Shown piece by piece: positions 9,119-18,257 of a stretch of DNA of 64,000 nt (position 1 is its first letter; every line of letters begins with the position of its first letter). A program made the position numbers and the translations under genes. The DNA lies in the NCBI GenBank assembly GCA_002010665.1, contig MTON01000032.1, positions 800 to 64,799 of the forward strand. The letters are read 5' to 3'. The notes under the pieces are model-generated. The model worked only from the letters and a program-made list of their open reading frames with translations, was not told the DNA's origin and searched no databases. Source of the DNA: Candidatus Aminicenantes bacterium JdFR-78. Its GTDB lineage: Bacteria; Acidobacteriota; Aminicenantia; JdFR-78.

Positions 9119-10240
9119 TTAACTTTTTTCCTGAAAAGTGTTTTCAATTATTTCCTTGAATTTTTTGCCAATTTGTTCTGTTGTAAAATTTCTAAATACA
9201 AATTGATAACCGTTTTCAGCTATTTTTTTCCGTAATCTACTGTCATTTTTTAGTTCAAGGATTGCACAGGCCAATGAGTTTCCATCACCAGGTTTACAGA
9301 GAAAAAGATGTTTTTTATGCTCAAAAATTTCTTTTATTGCATCTGTTTCAGCAGTAATTAGAGGTTTTTTCATGGCTAAAGATTGATATATCTTATTGGG
9401 AATAACTCTATTCGCTTTTTCTCCTTTACTAAATACACCGAGACAAATATCTGCTTTTGCAATTAAGTCGGGTAATTCATAGACATCTACCCATTTTCCT
9501 TTTAAAATTATATTATTTACGTTCTTTTTCTCAATTAATTCTTTAATTTTTGGTAGAGTTCTACCACTGCCTATTAATTCAAATTTTATCTGATTGTCTT
9601 TTTTCTGAACAATATGAGCAGCTTCAACAATATATTCAATTCCGTGAAGAGGAAGAAAAGAACCAAAAAATTGAACCAGGAAAAAGTGTTTTTTTATTCT
9701 ATCTTCGCGAGGATAAAAAATGCTTTCATCAACTCCAACAGGAAGACAATTCATTTTTTCAAAAGGGACATTGAATTCTTCATAATAATACTTTATATGA
9801 TTCAGAGTGTCACTCAGAATTAAATCGGACATTTTAAATGAAATTTTATCTATAAGATAATTCCATTTTGCTTGTAATGAGCCCTTTTTTAATTTGCGCC
9901 AGTCTAAAACTATAGTTTCATACCTTGAGACTAAAGGGTCAAAGATCAGAGGTTTTTTGGTAATCAGAGAAAGAAATTTTGCAAGAGGAATGTCCTTATG
10001 CCTGAAAGCAGGAACAAGAAAATAATCATGTTTTTTAAAGAATTTTAAATATTTAGCAAAAAGCACAGGATATCTAAGCCAAAACTTGTATTTCACATTT
10101 GTAAAACATTCTATAATTTCAATTCCATTTTTCTTTAATCCTTTTTTAATGATTGTAGTGCGTGTATCGTCTTGTGCATATGCTCCGAATAAACAAATTT
10201 TCATTTTTGAAAATTTATCACTAATAAATTTTACTGTCAA
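9119..10240 (-). CDS. glycosyltransferase family 1 (GT4-type)
   Basis: The C-terminal GT1 signature is ...ELIGSGRTLPKIKELI...KADICLGVF...E... Confidence 0.7.
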   Translation of the reverse strand: MTVKFISDKFSKMKICLFGAYAQDDTRTTIIKKGLKKNGIEIIECFTNVKYKFWLRYPVLFAKYLKFFKKHDYFLVPAFRHKDIPLAKFLSLITKKPLIFDPLVSRYETIVLDWRKLKKGSLQAKWNYLIDKISFKMSDLILSDTLNHIKYYYEEFNVPFEKMNCLPVGVDESIFYPREDRIKKHFFLVQFFGSFLPLHGIEYIVEAAHIVQKKDNQIKFELIGSGRTLPKIKELIEKKNVNNIILKGKWVDVYELPDLIAKADICLGVFSKGEKANRVIPNKIYQSLAMKKPLITAETDAIKEIFEHKKHLFLCKPGDGNSLACAILELKNDSRLRKKIAENGYQFVFRNFTTEQIGKKFKEIIENTFQEKS

Positions 10241-10305
10241 TTAGTAATGCATATTTGACTAACCAATTAATTAATGCTATATCATACGAGGAAAGGAGGA
10301 GAGGA

Positions 10306-10488
10306 ATGGACATTGATCCTCAATTATTAGAAATATTAGCTTGTCCTTTGTGTAAGGAAAGTGTGGAATTAACAGAAGATAAGAAAGGTTTAAAATGTGT
10401 TAAATGTAAGAGGATATATCCTATAAAGGATGGAATCCCGGTAATGTTGATTGAAGAGGCTATTATGGAGGATGAGAAAAAAGATTAA
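10306..10488 (+). CDS. Trm112/YcaR-family small zinc-binding protein
   Basis: Sequence is MDIDPQLLEILACPLCKESVEL...LKCVKCKRIYPIKDGIPVMLIEEA. An SD GGAGGAG precedes the ATG at 10306. The longer ORF from 10255 is probably 5'-over-extended. Confidence 0.7.
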   Translation: MDIDPQLLEILACPLCKESVELTEDKKGLKCVKCKRIYPIKDGIPVMLIEEAIMEDEKKD

Positions 10489-11518
10489 TATTTCTTCGAT
10501 TAAGAAAATTTTACTCATTCGGTTGAGACCCATCGGAGATATTGTAATGACCACGCCTGCTATAAAAATTTTAAGAGATGAATTTCCAGATGCTTTTATT
10601 TCTTATTTAATTGAACCACCGTATATAGAATTAGTGGAAAATCATCCTAATATTAATGAAGTTTTAGTGCTCAGACGAGATTGGACATTTAATGAATTTC
10701 TAAAATTTATAAAAAAAGTAAGGAATAGAGATTATGACTTGTTAATTGATTTTCACTGTGGACCGAGAGCTTCTTTAATTTCGTTTCTATCAAATGCAAA
10801 ATTAAAAATTGGTTTTAAAGTTAAATATCGCCACTTTGTGTATGACATTAAAGTTCCGAGAAAAAAGGAGAATGGATATTATCACAGCGTGGAAAGTCAT
10901 ATTAATTTGGTGAAAGCAATTGGAATTAAAGATTTAACATATGAAGAAATTCCTTCGCTTAATCTTCCTTCACCTTCAGAAGAAGAAAGGCAAAAAATTG
11001 AAAAGTTTATGAATGATAACAACCTATTAAAATATAAAAAAATAGTTCTTCATATTAGTGCCGGAAATGAATATCGTGATTGGGGAATTAAAAATATTGC
11101 TGAATTAATTCAGCTTTTTTCAAAAAACTCAGAAATAAAAGTAATCTTAGTGGGAGATAATAAGGATAGAAGAGCAGAGAAAGCCATTTATGAGAAAGTC
11201 GGAAATAATTTTCTTTCACTTGTTGCTCAGATAAATTTAATGGAACTTAGAGAATTAATTTCACGGTCCAATCTTTTCATTGGTTCTGACAGTGGCCCCA
11301 TGCATATTGCTGCGACAACCTCTACACCCATAGTTGCTCTTTTTGGTCCAACATCACCTGCAATATTTGGACCGTGGAAAGCAAAAGCGAGGATAATTGA
11401 GAAGGAATTCAATTGTAGGCCTTGCAGGCAGAAAAAATGTATTTACAGAGATTTCAGATGTCTTCGAACTATTACCCCAGAAGAAGTTTATAAAGCAAGT
11501 GTGGATATGCTGGAATGA
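10451..11518 (+). CDS. glycosyltransferase family 9 (LPS heptosyltransferase, WaaC/WaaF-like)
   Basis: The N-terminus KKILLIRLRPIGDIVMTTPAIKILRDEFPDA is typical of heptosyltransferases, and the C-terminus has GSDSGPMHIAA. The true start is probably M8 (10472). Confidence 0.8.
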   Translation: MKRLLWRMRKKINISSIKKILLIRLRPIGDIVMTTPAIKILRDEFPDAFISYLIEPPYIELVENHPNINEVLVLRRDWTFNEFLKFIKKVRNRDYDLLIDFHCGPRASLISFLSNAKLKIGFKVKYRHFVYDIKVPRKKENGYYHSVESHINLVKAIGIKDLTYEEIPSLNLPSPSEEERQKIEKFMNDNNLLKYKKIVLHISAGNEYRDWGIKNIAELIQLFSKNSEIKVILVGDNKDRRAEKAIYEKVGNNFLSLVAQINLMELRELISRSNLFIGSDSGPMHIAATTSTPIVALFGPTSPAIFGPWKAKARIIEKEFNCRPCRQKKCIYRDFRCLRTITPEEVYKASVDMLE

Positions 11519-12651
11519 GAGGAATTGGATTAAATAATATCTTACTGGTTTCTATAATTTTATACATTTTTTTTATTCCCATTTCCATATCAGTGTCTCA
11601 GATATTTCTTTTCAGTGGAATAATTCTATGGGTTATTACAATAATCAAGAATAAGGAAAAGATAAGATTTCCAACTTTCTTTTGGTGGTTAATTTGCTAT
11701 TCTCTTTTTACCTTGCTTTCAGCTTTATTTTCAAAATACAGATTATTAAGTATTATAGATAGCAGAGAAATTTTTTTATACCTTTCGGTGCCTTTACTAT
11801 ATATGGGAATAAAATCTTTAAGAGACATTGAATTTGTAAAAAATGCTTTCCTCATTAGCGCATTGATTTCATCATCATATTCTATAATGTACTATATTTT
11901 AAAGGCTGAGCCAGGAGAAAGGGTTCGCGGATTCATGGGACATTATATGACCCAGGCAGGATTAATGCTCCTTGTAATTTGTTTCTCTCTTTCTTTATTT
12001 TTCTATTCAAAAAGAAAAAATAAAATTCTCTGGTTAATAGTTTTTCTTTTTTCTATAATGGCTCTTTTGCTAACTTTAACCAGAAGCTCATGGGTAGGAG
12101 TGTTTTTTGCCTTTGCATTTATTTTATATCACTATAAGCCCAAAACTCTGGTTATTCTTCCCCTTATAGTTGTTCTATTTTTCCTCCTGGCTCCAAATAC
12201 TATGAAACAGAGAGCGTTGAGTATTTTCAGTCTTAAGGATAAATCAAACCTTGATCGCATCTATTTAGCGAAAAGTGGACTGAAAATAGTAAGAGATTAT
12301 CCTCTCCTTGGAATCGGTCCAGCTACTTTTCCGCTTATTTATGAAAATTATAAATTACCGCAAGCAGAAAGAAAAGGTATACATTTGCATAATAATTTAC
12401 TTCAAATTGCTGTTGAAAGAGGTATTTTTGCAATGTTAAGCTGGCTTGGATTCATTCTCTTCACATTTATCTCATTATACAGAATGCTTGGATATCATGA
12501 TTTAAAACCATATTCCTTAGGCGCATTAGGTGCAATTGTTGGTTTATTTATTGCAGGGTTATTTGAATATAATTTTGGTGATTCTGAGATTAAAATGCTT
12601 TTTTTATTTTTGATTACACTACCGTTTTGTTATAAAAGTTTTTTGGAGTAA
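11515..12651 (+). CDS. O-antigen ligase (WaaL/Wzy_C) family membrane protein
   Basis: It is polytopic with a periplasmic loop containing ...LTLTRSSWVGVFFA..., typical of Wzy_C. Confidence 0.7.
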   Translation: MRGIGLNNILLVSIILYIFFIPISISVSQIFLFSGIILWVITIIKNKEKIRFPTFFWWLICYSLFTLLSALFSKYRLLSIIDSREIFLYLSVPLLYMGIKSLRDIEFVKNAFLISALISSSYSIMYYILKAEPGERVRGFMGHYMTQAGLMLLVICFSLSLFFYSKRKNKILWLIVFLFSIMALLLTLTRSSWVGVFFAFAFILYHYKPKTLVILPLIVVLFFLLAPNTMKQRALSIFSLKDKSNLDRIYLAKSGLKIVRDYPLLGIGPATFPLIYENYKLPQAERKGIHLHNNLLQIAVERGIFAMLSWLGFILFTFISLYRMLGYHDLKPYSLGALGAIVGLFIAGLFEYNFGDSEIKMLFLFLITLPFCYKSFLE

Positions 12652-12655
12652 AGAG

Positions 12656-13804
12656 TTGAGTTTTAGAAAAACACTAAAATTTTTTATTTTTTCTATTTAT
12701 ATTGTTTTTTTTATCTGGATAGGCTGGCATGGTTATAATGCATTAAAGTTTAAAAAATATACTTATTCTTTAAAAAAACCAACTTTTGAATTAAAAGGAG
12801 CCTATCATTTACATACAATTTACTCGGACGGGATAAGGACACCAGAAGAAATTGCTAAAAGAGCTTTAAGGGCTGGTCTTGATTTTATAATAATAACCGA
12901 TCATGGTAATCTAAATGAAAAATCATTGAATCATCAGGGCTGGATAAATGGTGTTTTGGTTCTTAGGGGATCAGAGGTTTCTGTAAGAGAGGGACACTTT
13001 GTGGCTTTAAATTTTGAAATTTCCTCTGATGAATTTCCCGCAATTGCAAAGTTAGCAATGAGAAAGGTAAAAAAATTAAATGGTTTTTCTATAATAGCAC
13101 ATCCCTATAATCTTAAAAATCCATGGATAGGATGGGACACAAAAGATCCCCTTGGAATTGAAATAATAAACATGGACTCAGCGTGGCGAAGTAGATTTTT
13201 TTTATCAATTCCTTATTATTTGGTATTTCCTTTTAAACCCCAGTATTCTCTTTTAAAAATGATAGATTTTCCTGAAAAAAATTTTAAAAAATGGGATGAG
13301 ATCTGTTTAAACAGAAGAATTTATGGATTTTTTGCAGTGGATGCACATCTCTTCTATGAATCTTTATTTAAAATCCTAAATTTACATGTTTTAGTAGATA
13401 AACCACTTCCCTCAAATTTTCCAGAAGCAAAAAAATTGATTTTTGATGCGCTTTCAAAAGGAAAATTTTATAATGCTATAGAGGGAGCCGCTCAGGCTGA
13501 TGGATTTAGATTTTTTGGGAAAATAGGGGAAGAGAAGATTCAAATGGGAGAGCAAAAAACTGTCAAACTTCCTGTTGATCTATATATAAGGGCTCCATTC
13601 CCTTATAAAATAGAAATAAAATTAATACATCGAGGTAGAGTGGTTTTACGAACAAAGAAAAAGGTGCTGAGTTTTAGAGCGAAAAAATATGGGCCTTATC
13701 GTGTGGAAATACATCTCCTTGAATCATCACCATTAAGTAGAAAAATACCCTGGATTGTTTCAAACCCTATTTTTTTAAGAAAAATGAAAGGTAGGAGGAA
13801 ATGA
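12656..13804 (+). CDS. membrane-anchored PHP-domain metallophosphoesterase
   Basis: An N-terminal TM is followed by the PHP motif AYHLHTIYSDGIRTPEEIAKRALRAGLDFIIITDHGN and later His/Asp clusters. Confidence 0.6.
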   Translation: MSFRKTLKFFIFSIYIVFFIWIGWHGYNALKFKKYTYSLKKPTFELKGAYHLHTIYSDGIRTPEEIAKRALRAGLDFIIITDHGNLNEKSLNHQGWINGVLVLRGSEVSVREGHFVALNFEISSDEFPAIAKLAMRKVKKLNGFSIIAHPYNLKNPWIGWDTKDPLGIEIINMDSAWRSRFFLSIPYYLVFPFKPQYSLLKMIDFPEKNFKKWDEICLNRRIYGFFAVDAHLFYESLFKILNLHVLVDKPLPSNFPEAKKLIFDALSKGKFYNAIEGAAQADGFRFFGKIGEEKIQMGEQKTVKLPVDLYIRAPFPYKIEIKLIHRGRVVLRTKKKVLSFRAKKYGPYRVEIHLLESSPLSRKIPWIVSNPIFLRKMKGRRK

Positions 13805-13807
13805 TAC

Positions 13808-14794
13808 ATGAATAAAATTAATTTTGAGAGGGCACATTCAATTATTAAAAATTTTGAGAAGAAAAGGATTGCAATCCTTGGGGATATAATGCTTGATCAG
13901 TATATTATAGGAAAGGTATCACGAATATCACCTGAAGCACCTGTTCCAGTTGTTGAAATCACATCTGAAAATTATTGCCTCGGAGGAGCTGGAAATGTTG
14001 CTCATAATTTAGAAGCTCTTGGTGCTGAATATTTGCTGGTGGGAGTCATTGGTAATGATAACTCTGGAAAGAAAATTTTAGATAGGGTTAAAAATAAAAA
14101 GGGCATTTTTATTGATAAAGGTAGGCCTACTATAGTGAAAACAAGAATAATAGCCCATCATCAGCATGTAGTTCGGGTTGACAGAGAAAAAAAGCTACCT
14201 ATTCCTGAAAAAATAGAAAAAGAAATCATTAATTTTTTAAAAAAAGAAGATTATGATGGCATAATTATATCAGATTATAGTAAAGGAACTATTACTAAAT
14301 CTCTAATGAAAAGTCTTCTTAATTTTACTTCGAAAAACAATATTCCAGTTTTTGTTGATCCAAAAGTTGAACATTTTAATCTTTATTCTCCTATAACTTT
14401 AATGACTCCAAACCAGTTTGAAACAGAGGGGATTGTAAATAGAAGAATAAATAGCGATGATGAGATTGAAAATGCCGGGAGGGAAATATTATCAAGAATT
14501 ACATGTGAGTATTTGATAATAACAAGAGGAGAAAAAGGAATGTCAGTTTTTATGAAAGATAATAAAGTTATTCATATTCCAACAGTGGCCAAAGAAGTAT
14601 ATGATGTAACAGGTGCTGGAGATACAGTTATTGCCACAGCAAGTTTGAGTTTATTGTCAGGTGCCAATATTCTTGAATCAGCAATTTTAGCAAATTATGC
14701 AGCAGGAATTGTGGTTGGAAAACTTGGCACAGCTACAGTCAGTAGAGAAGAGCTTCTTAAGGAAATCGAAAAGGAAAGTAAAATGTTATTGTAA
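13808..14794 (+). CDS. hldE: D-glycero-beta-D-manno-heptose-7-phosphate kinase (RfaE/HldE domain I only; PfkB family)
   Basis: Contains ILGDIMLDQYIIGKVSRISPEAPVPVV... and the C-terminal DVTGAGDT PfkB motif. No adenylyltransferase domain II is fused. Confidence 0.8.
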   Translation: MNKINFERAHSIIKNFEKKRIAILGDIMLDQYIIGKVSRISPEAPVPVVEITSENYCLGGAGNVAHNLEALGAEYLLVGVIGNDNSGKKILDRVKNKKGIFIDKGRPTIVKTRIIAHHQHVVRVDREKKLPIPEKIEKEIINFLKKEDYDGIIISDYSKGTITKSLMKSLLNFTSKNNIPVFVDPKVEHFNLYSPITLMTPNQFETEGIVNRRINSDDEIENAGREILSRITCEYLIITRGEKGMSVFMKDNKVIHIPTVAKEVYDVTGAGDTVIATASLSLLSGANILESAILANYAAGIVVGKLGTATVSREELLKEIEKESKMLL

Positions 14795-14849
14795 TTTTAA
14801 TTTTTTTTTAGTAAAATGAAAGAAATAATAAGGAGGGAGGAAGTAAAGG

Positions 14850-16390
14850 GTGGCTTCCGAAGCTAATTCTCAAGAGTTAAAAAAGAAAATTCAACAAATG
14901 AAACTTCTTCACCAAATTGGATTAAAAATAGTTTCAGTTTTTGATTTGAATGAACTCCTCTCATCTGTTGTTAATTTGACGAGGGAAATCCTTGGTTACG
15001 ACGATTGTGCTATTTTCTTAGTTCAGAATAGGAAGTTGGTTTTAAAAGCTCTGGCTGGATTTCCTAATAAAGTTCTGGGAAAAGAAATTCCTTTTGGAAA
15101 AGGTGTTGTTGGCAGATGTGCTGAGAAAAGAGAAATAATTAACATAGGTGATGTTTCTAAATGTTCTTTTTATATTCCATCTGGATTAGAAAATATAAAA
15201 TCTGAAATAGCTCTTCCAATTGTATTTAGCAATAAACTTCTGGGAGTTCTAACAATAGAGAGCAGTAAAAAGAATGCGTTTACTAAAGATGACGAGGAGA
15301 CTTTAGATATATTGTGTTCTCAAATAGGAGTAGCTATTCAAAATATAAATGTAACTCAATCCAAAATTAAAGAAATGGAGTTTCTCCATCAAATTGGGTT
15401 AAAGATAGTTTCAAAGGTTGAACTTGATGAATTATTGTCTTGTGTGGTTAATCTGATAAAAGATAAATTAGGATATAGCTTCACTGGCATTTTTCTTCCT
15501 GTGGGAAAAAAACTTGTTTTAAAAGCTCATTCAATGGGAGAAGAAGCACACCTTGGATTTGAAATTAAATTTGGAGAAGGAGTTGTAGGGAAAAGCGCAG
15601 AGAGTAAGGAAGTGATTAATGTGGGAGATATATCAAAGTGTGACTTTTATATTCCTTCTGAGCTAAAGGATGCTAAATCTGCATTAGCAATTCCTATATT
15701 ACATGAAAATCGTCTTTTCGGTGTTCTTGCAGTGGAAAGTAGTGAGAAAAATGCTTTCAAAAAGGATGATATTAAATTATTAAAAATTCTTTGTTCCCAA
15801 ATAGGAATTGCATTGCGAAATGTAGAAATGCACGAAGAATTACAGAAATTAGCTATAACAGATAGTCTTACTGGTCTTTATAATTATCGATTCTTTCGAA
15901 ATCGTTTAGAACAGGAAATTACACGAGCCAAAAGATATGGAAGACCTCTTTCTCTTATTTTTATTGATATAGATGATTTTAAATTTATAAATGATAATTT
16001 TGGACATTTGAAGGGAGATGAGGTTTTAATTGCTATTGCCCGATTAATCCTTGATAATATTCGAAAAGTTGATAGTGTGTCTCTATCATGAAAGAAGTTG
16101 AAATTGATATAGCTGTTCGTTATGGAGGAGAAGAATTTATGGTTATTCTCCCAGAAACACCTCTTCAAGGCGCAATTTCAGCAGGAGAAAGATTGAGAAA
16201 ATTAATAAAAAAAGAAGTTAATGAGAAAATCCCACTGATTTATAATGGGAGAAGATTCATGATAACAAGTAGTGTGGGAGTTGCCAGTTTAAAAGAAGAT
16301 GATACAAGCAATGACTTAATTAAAAGGGTTGACCAGGCCATGTATGATGCAAAGAAAAAGGGCAAAGATCAGGTTTGCTGGATAGAATAA
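14850..16390 (+). CDS. GAF-GAF-GGDEF diguanylate cyclase, reading frame disrupted near 16070-16100 (two ORF fragments 14850..16091 and 16088..16390)
   Basis: Two tandem, internally duplicated GAF modules ([13 protein letters not shown].../[13 protein letters not shown]...) precede the GGDEF start (...[19 protein letters not shown]...[10 protein letters not shown]). The other frame continues as [18 protein letters not shown]... through the GGEEF motif. Confidence 0.7.
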
Positions 16391-16400
16391 GGGGGTGCAG

Positions 16401-16874
16401 ATGAAAAGAAGAAATTTTTTAAAATTTTCTGTGGGAATATTGGCTTTCTTAAGTATCCCATATAGGAAGCTTAAAGGGAGGAGCAGAATGAAAAAAGAAA
16501 TAAAAACTGATAAAGCACCAAAGGCAATTGGTCCTTATTCACAAGCAATAGAGGCAAATGGATTCATTTTCGTCTCAGGCCAAATTCCAATTGATCCAGC
16601 CACAGGAGAGATAATTAAGGGTTCAATAGAGAAACAAACAGAGCAGGTATTAAAAAATATAAAAGCAATATTAGAAGAGGCTGGAAGCTCTATGGAGAAT
16701 ATTGTAAAAGCCACTGTTTATCTTTCAAATCTTGAGGATTACTCAAAAGTAAATGAAATTTATGGAAAATATATTCCGTCTCCATACCCAGCACGTGCTG
16801 CCTTTCAAGTTGCACGTCTTCCAAAAGATGTTGGAATTGAGATAGAAATAATAGCATTAGCCTTAAAAAAATAA
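16401..16874 (+). CDS. ridA: RidA (YjgF/TdcF) family protein, with a Tat-signal-like N-terminal extension or, alternatively, an internal start at 16488
   Basis: The RidA core is [26 protein letters not shown]...[12 protein letters not shown]. The upstream in-frame [18 protein letters not shown] has an RRxFLK motif. SD-like sequences precede both ATG 16401 (GGGGGTG) and ATG 16488 (GGGAGGAG). Confidence 0.75.
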   Translation: MKRRNFLKFSVGILAFLSIPYRKLKGRSRMKKEIKTDKAPKAIGPYSQAIEANGFIFVSGQIPIDPATGEIIKGSIEKQTEQVLKNIKAILEEAGSSMENIVKATVYLSNLEDYSKVNEIYGKYIPSPYPARAAFQVARLPKDVGIEIEIIALALKK

Positions 16875-16896
16875 TAAAAAAAGCCGATTTTTGAAA

Positions 16897-16924
16897 TTGA
16901 CATTTTGACAGAAAGGATTATATT
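16897..16924 (+). promoter_or_regulatory. putative sigma70-type promoter of the adaptor-subunit gene (TTGACA - 16 nt - TATATT)
   Basis: TTGACA lies at 16897-16902 and TATATT at 16919-16924, about 50 nt upstream of ATG 16976. A second TTGACA copy lies 2 nt further downstream. Confidence 0.35.
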
Positions 16925-16975
16925 TAATTAGATGAACTTAATTAGCTGAAGATTTAGTATGCAAGGGGGAATGCA

Positions 16976-18208
16976 ATGGTTTTACCAAAGAAAGCACTTT
17001 TTATTACAACTGGAGCATTAATAGCTCTTATTTTAGTTTATTTTATTTTTATAAATCCAAAAAATGGTTCAAAAAATAATAACAATGAAAGTTTTGCAGA
17101 TGAACAGAAAAAAGTTGAGGAAGCACCAATTCCTGTAAAAGTAAAAAAGGCTCAAAGAGGAAAATTAATAATAAGAATTAGTTCTCCTGGTCAGGCGGTT
17201 TGCAGAAGGGTAATAGTTGTAAAAGCAGAAGTCTCTGGTGTAATAGAGGAACTTCTTGTGGAAGAGGGGAAAAAGGTGAAGGAAGGGGATTTATTAGTTA
17301 AATTAGATGATGAAAAATACAAATTACAATTAAGAGAGGCAGAGAGTAGAAGACTTGAGAAACTTTCAAGATTTCTTATAGAGGGAGAGGAATACACTTT
17401 TTTGCCTAAAAAGAAGAAATCACAATTCAAAGATAAAAATAAAATTAAAAAAGAATATCAAAAAGCTCTATCCCTGTATCAGCAAGGTTTAATATCTGAA
17501 AAAGAATTTGAGGAAATTAAGAGAAAATATGAATTAGCCCTTATTGAGTCTGGAGAAAAAAGAGAAGAAATTAGAGCATCAGTTGCGGGTTTGACTCAAG
17601 CTGAACTGGAAGTAAAGAGGGCACAAATGGAACTTGAAAAAACGCTTATAAGAGCTCCTTTTTCAGGTGTGATTACAAATATAAAAGTTTCTCCAAAAGA
17701 GCATGTTCAGGCTGGGCAGGAACTATTCACACTTGTTGATTTAAATTCGATTTATGTAGAAGCTAAAATCCTTGAAAGTGAAATCGGGAAGATAAAAGTT
17801 GGAAGAGAGGTGAATATTCGATTCACAGCTTATCCTTCAAAGATTTTTAAAGGGTATGTAAGAGCAATAAGTCCAATAGTTGATCCTGAAGAAAAAACAT
17901 GTAAGATTCATATTAATGTAGCTAATCCAGCAGGAGAGATTAAACCAGGTATGCATGCAGAAGTTGAAATTGCTTCTGATATATATGAAGATAGACTAAT
18001 TATACCAAAGGAAGCAATTCTTGTGAGAGGAGGAAGGAAGCTGGCATTTGTTGTCGAAAACGGATTAGCTAAATGGAGATATATTAAAACAGGACTCGAG
18101 AATGAGGAATATGCAGAAGTTTTGGAAGGTATAAATGAGGGGGAGTTGGTTATTGTTGAAGGACATTTCACCCTTGCTCATGATGCAAAGGTTAAAATAG
18201 TTGAATAA
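16976..18208 (+). CDS. HlyD-family periplasmic adaptor (membrane fusion protein)
   Basis: It has an N-terminal TM, a biotinyl/lipoyl-like hairpin, a long coiled coil, and C-terminal beta-barrel motifs. Confidence 0.7.
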   Translation: MVLPKKALFITTGALIALILVYFIFINPKNGSKNNNNESFADEQKKVEEAPIPVKVKKAQRGKLIIRISSPGQAVCRRVIVVKAEVSGVIEELLVEEGKKVKEGDLLVKLDDEKYKLQLREAESRRLEKLSRFLIEGEEYTFLPKKKKSQFKDKNKIKKEYQKALSLYQQGLISEKEFEEIKRKYELALIESGEKREEIRASVAGLTQAELEVKRAQMELEKTLIRAPFSGVITNIKVSPKEHVQAGQELFTLVDLNSIYVEAKILESEIGKIKVGREVNIRFTAYPSKIFKGYVRAISPIVDPEEKTCKIHINVANPAGEIKPGMHAEVEIASDIYEDRLIIPKEAILVRGGRKLAFVVENGLAKWRYIKTGLENEEYAEVLEGINEGELVIVEGHFTLAHDAKVKIVE

Positions 18209-18257
18209 TGACTGATTCTTTCATATAATATCTTTTCATTTTAATAGGAGGATTAAT

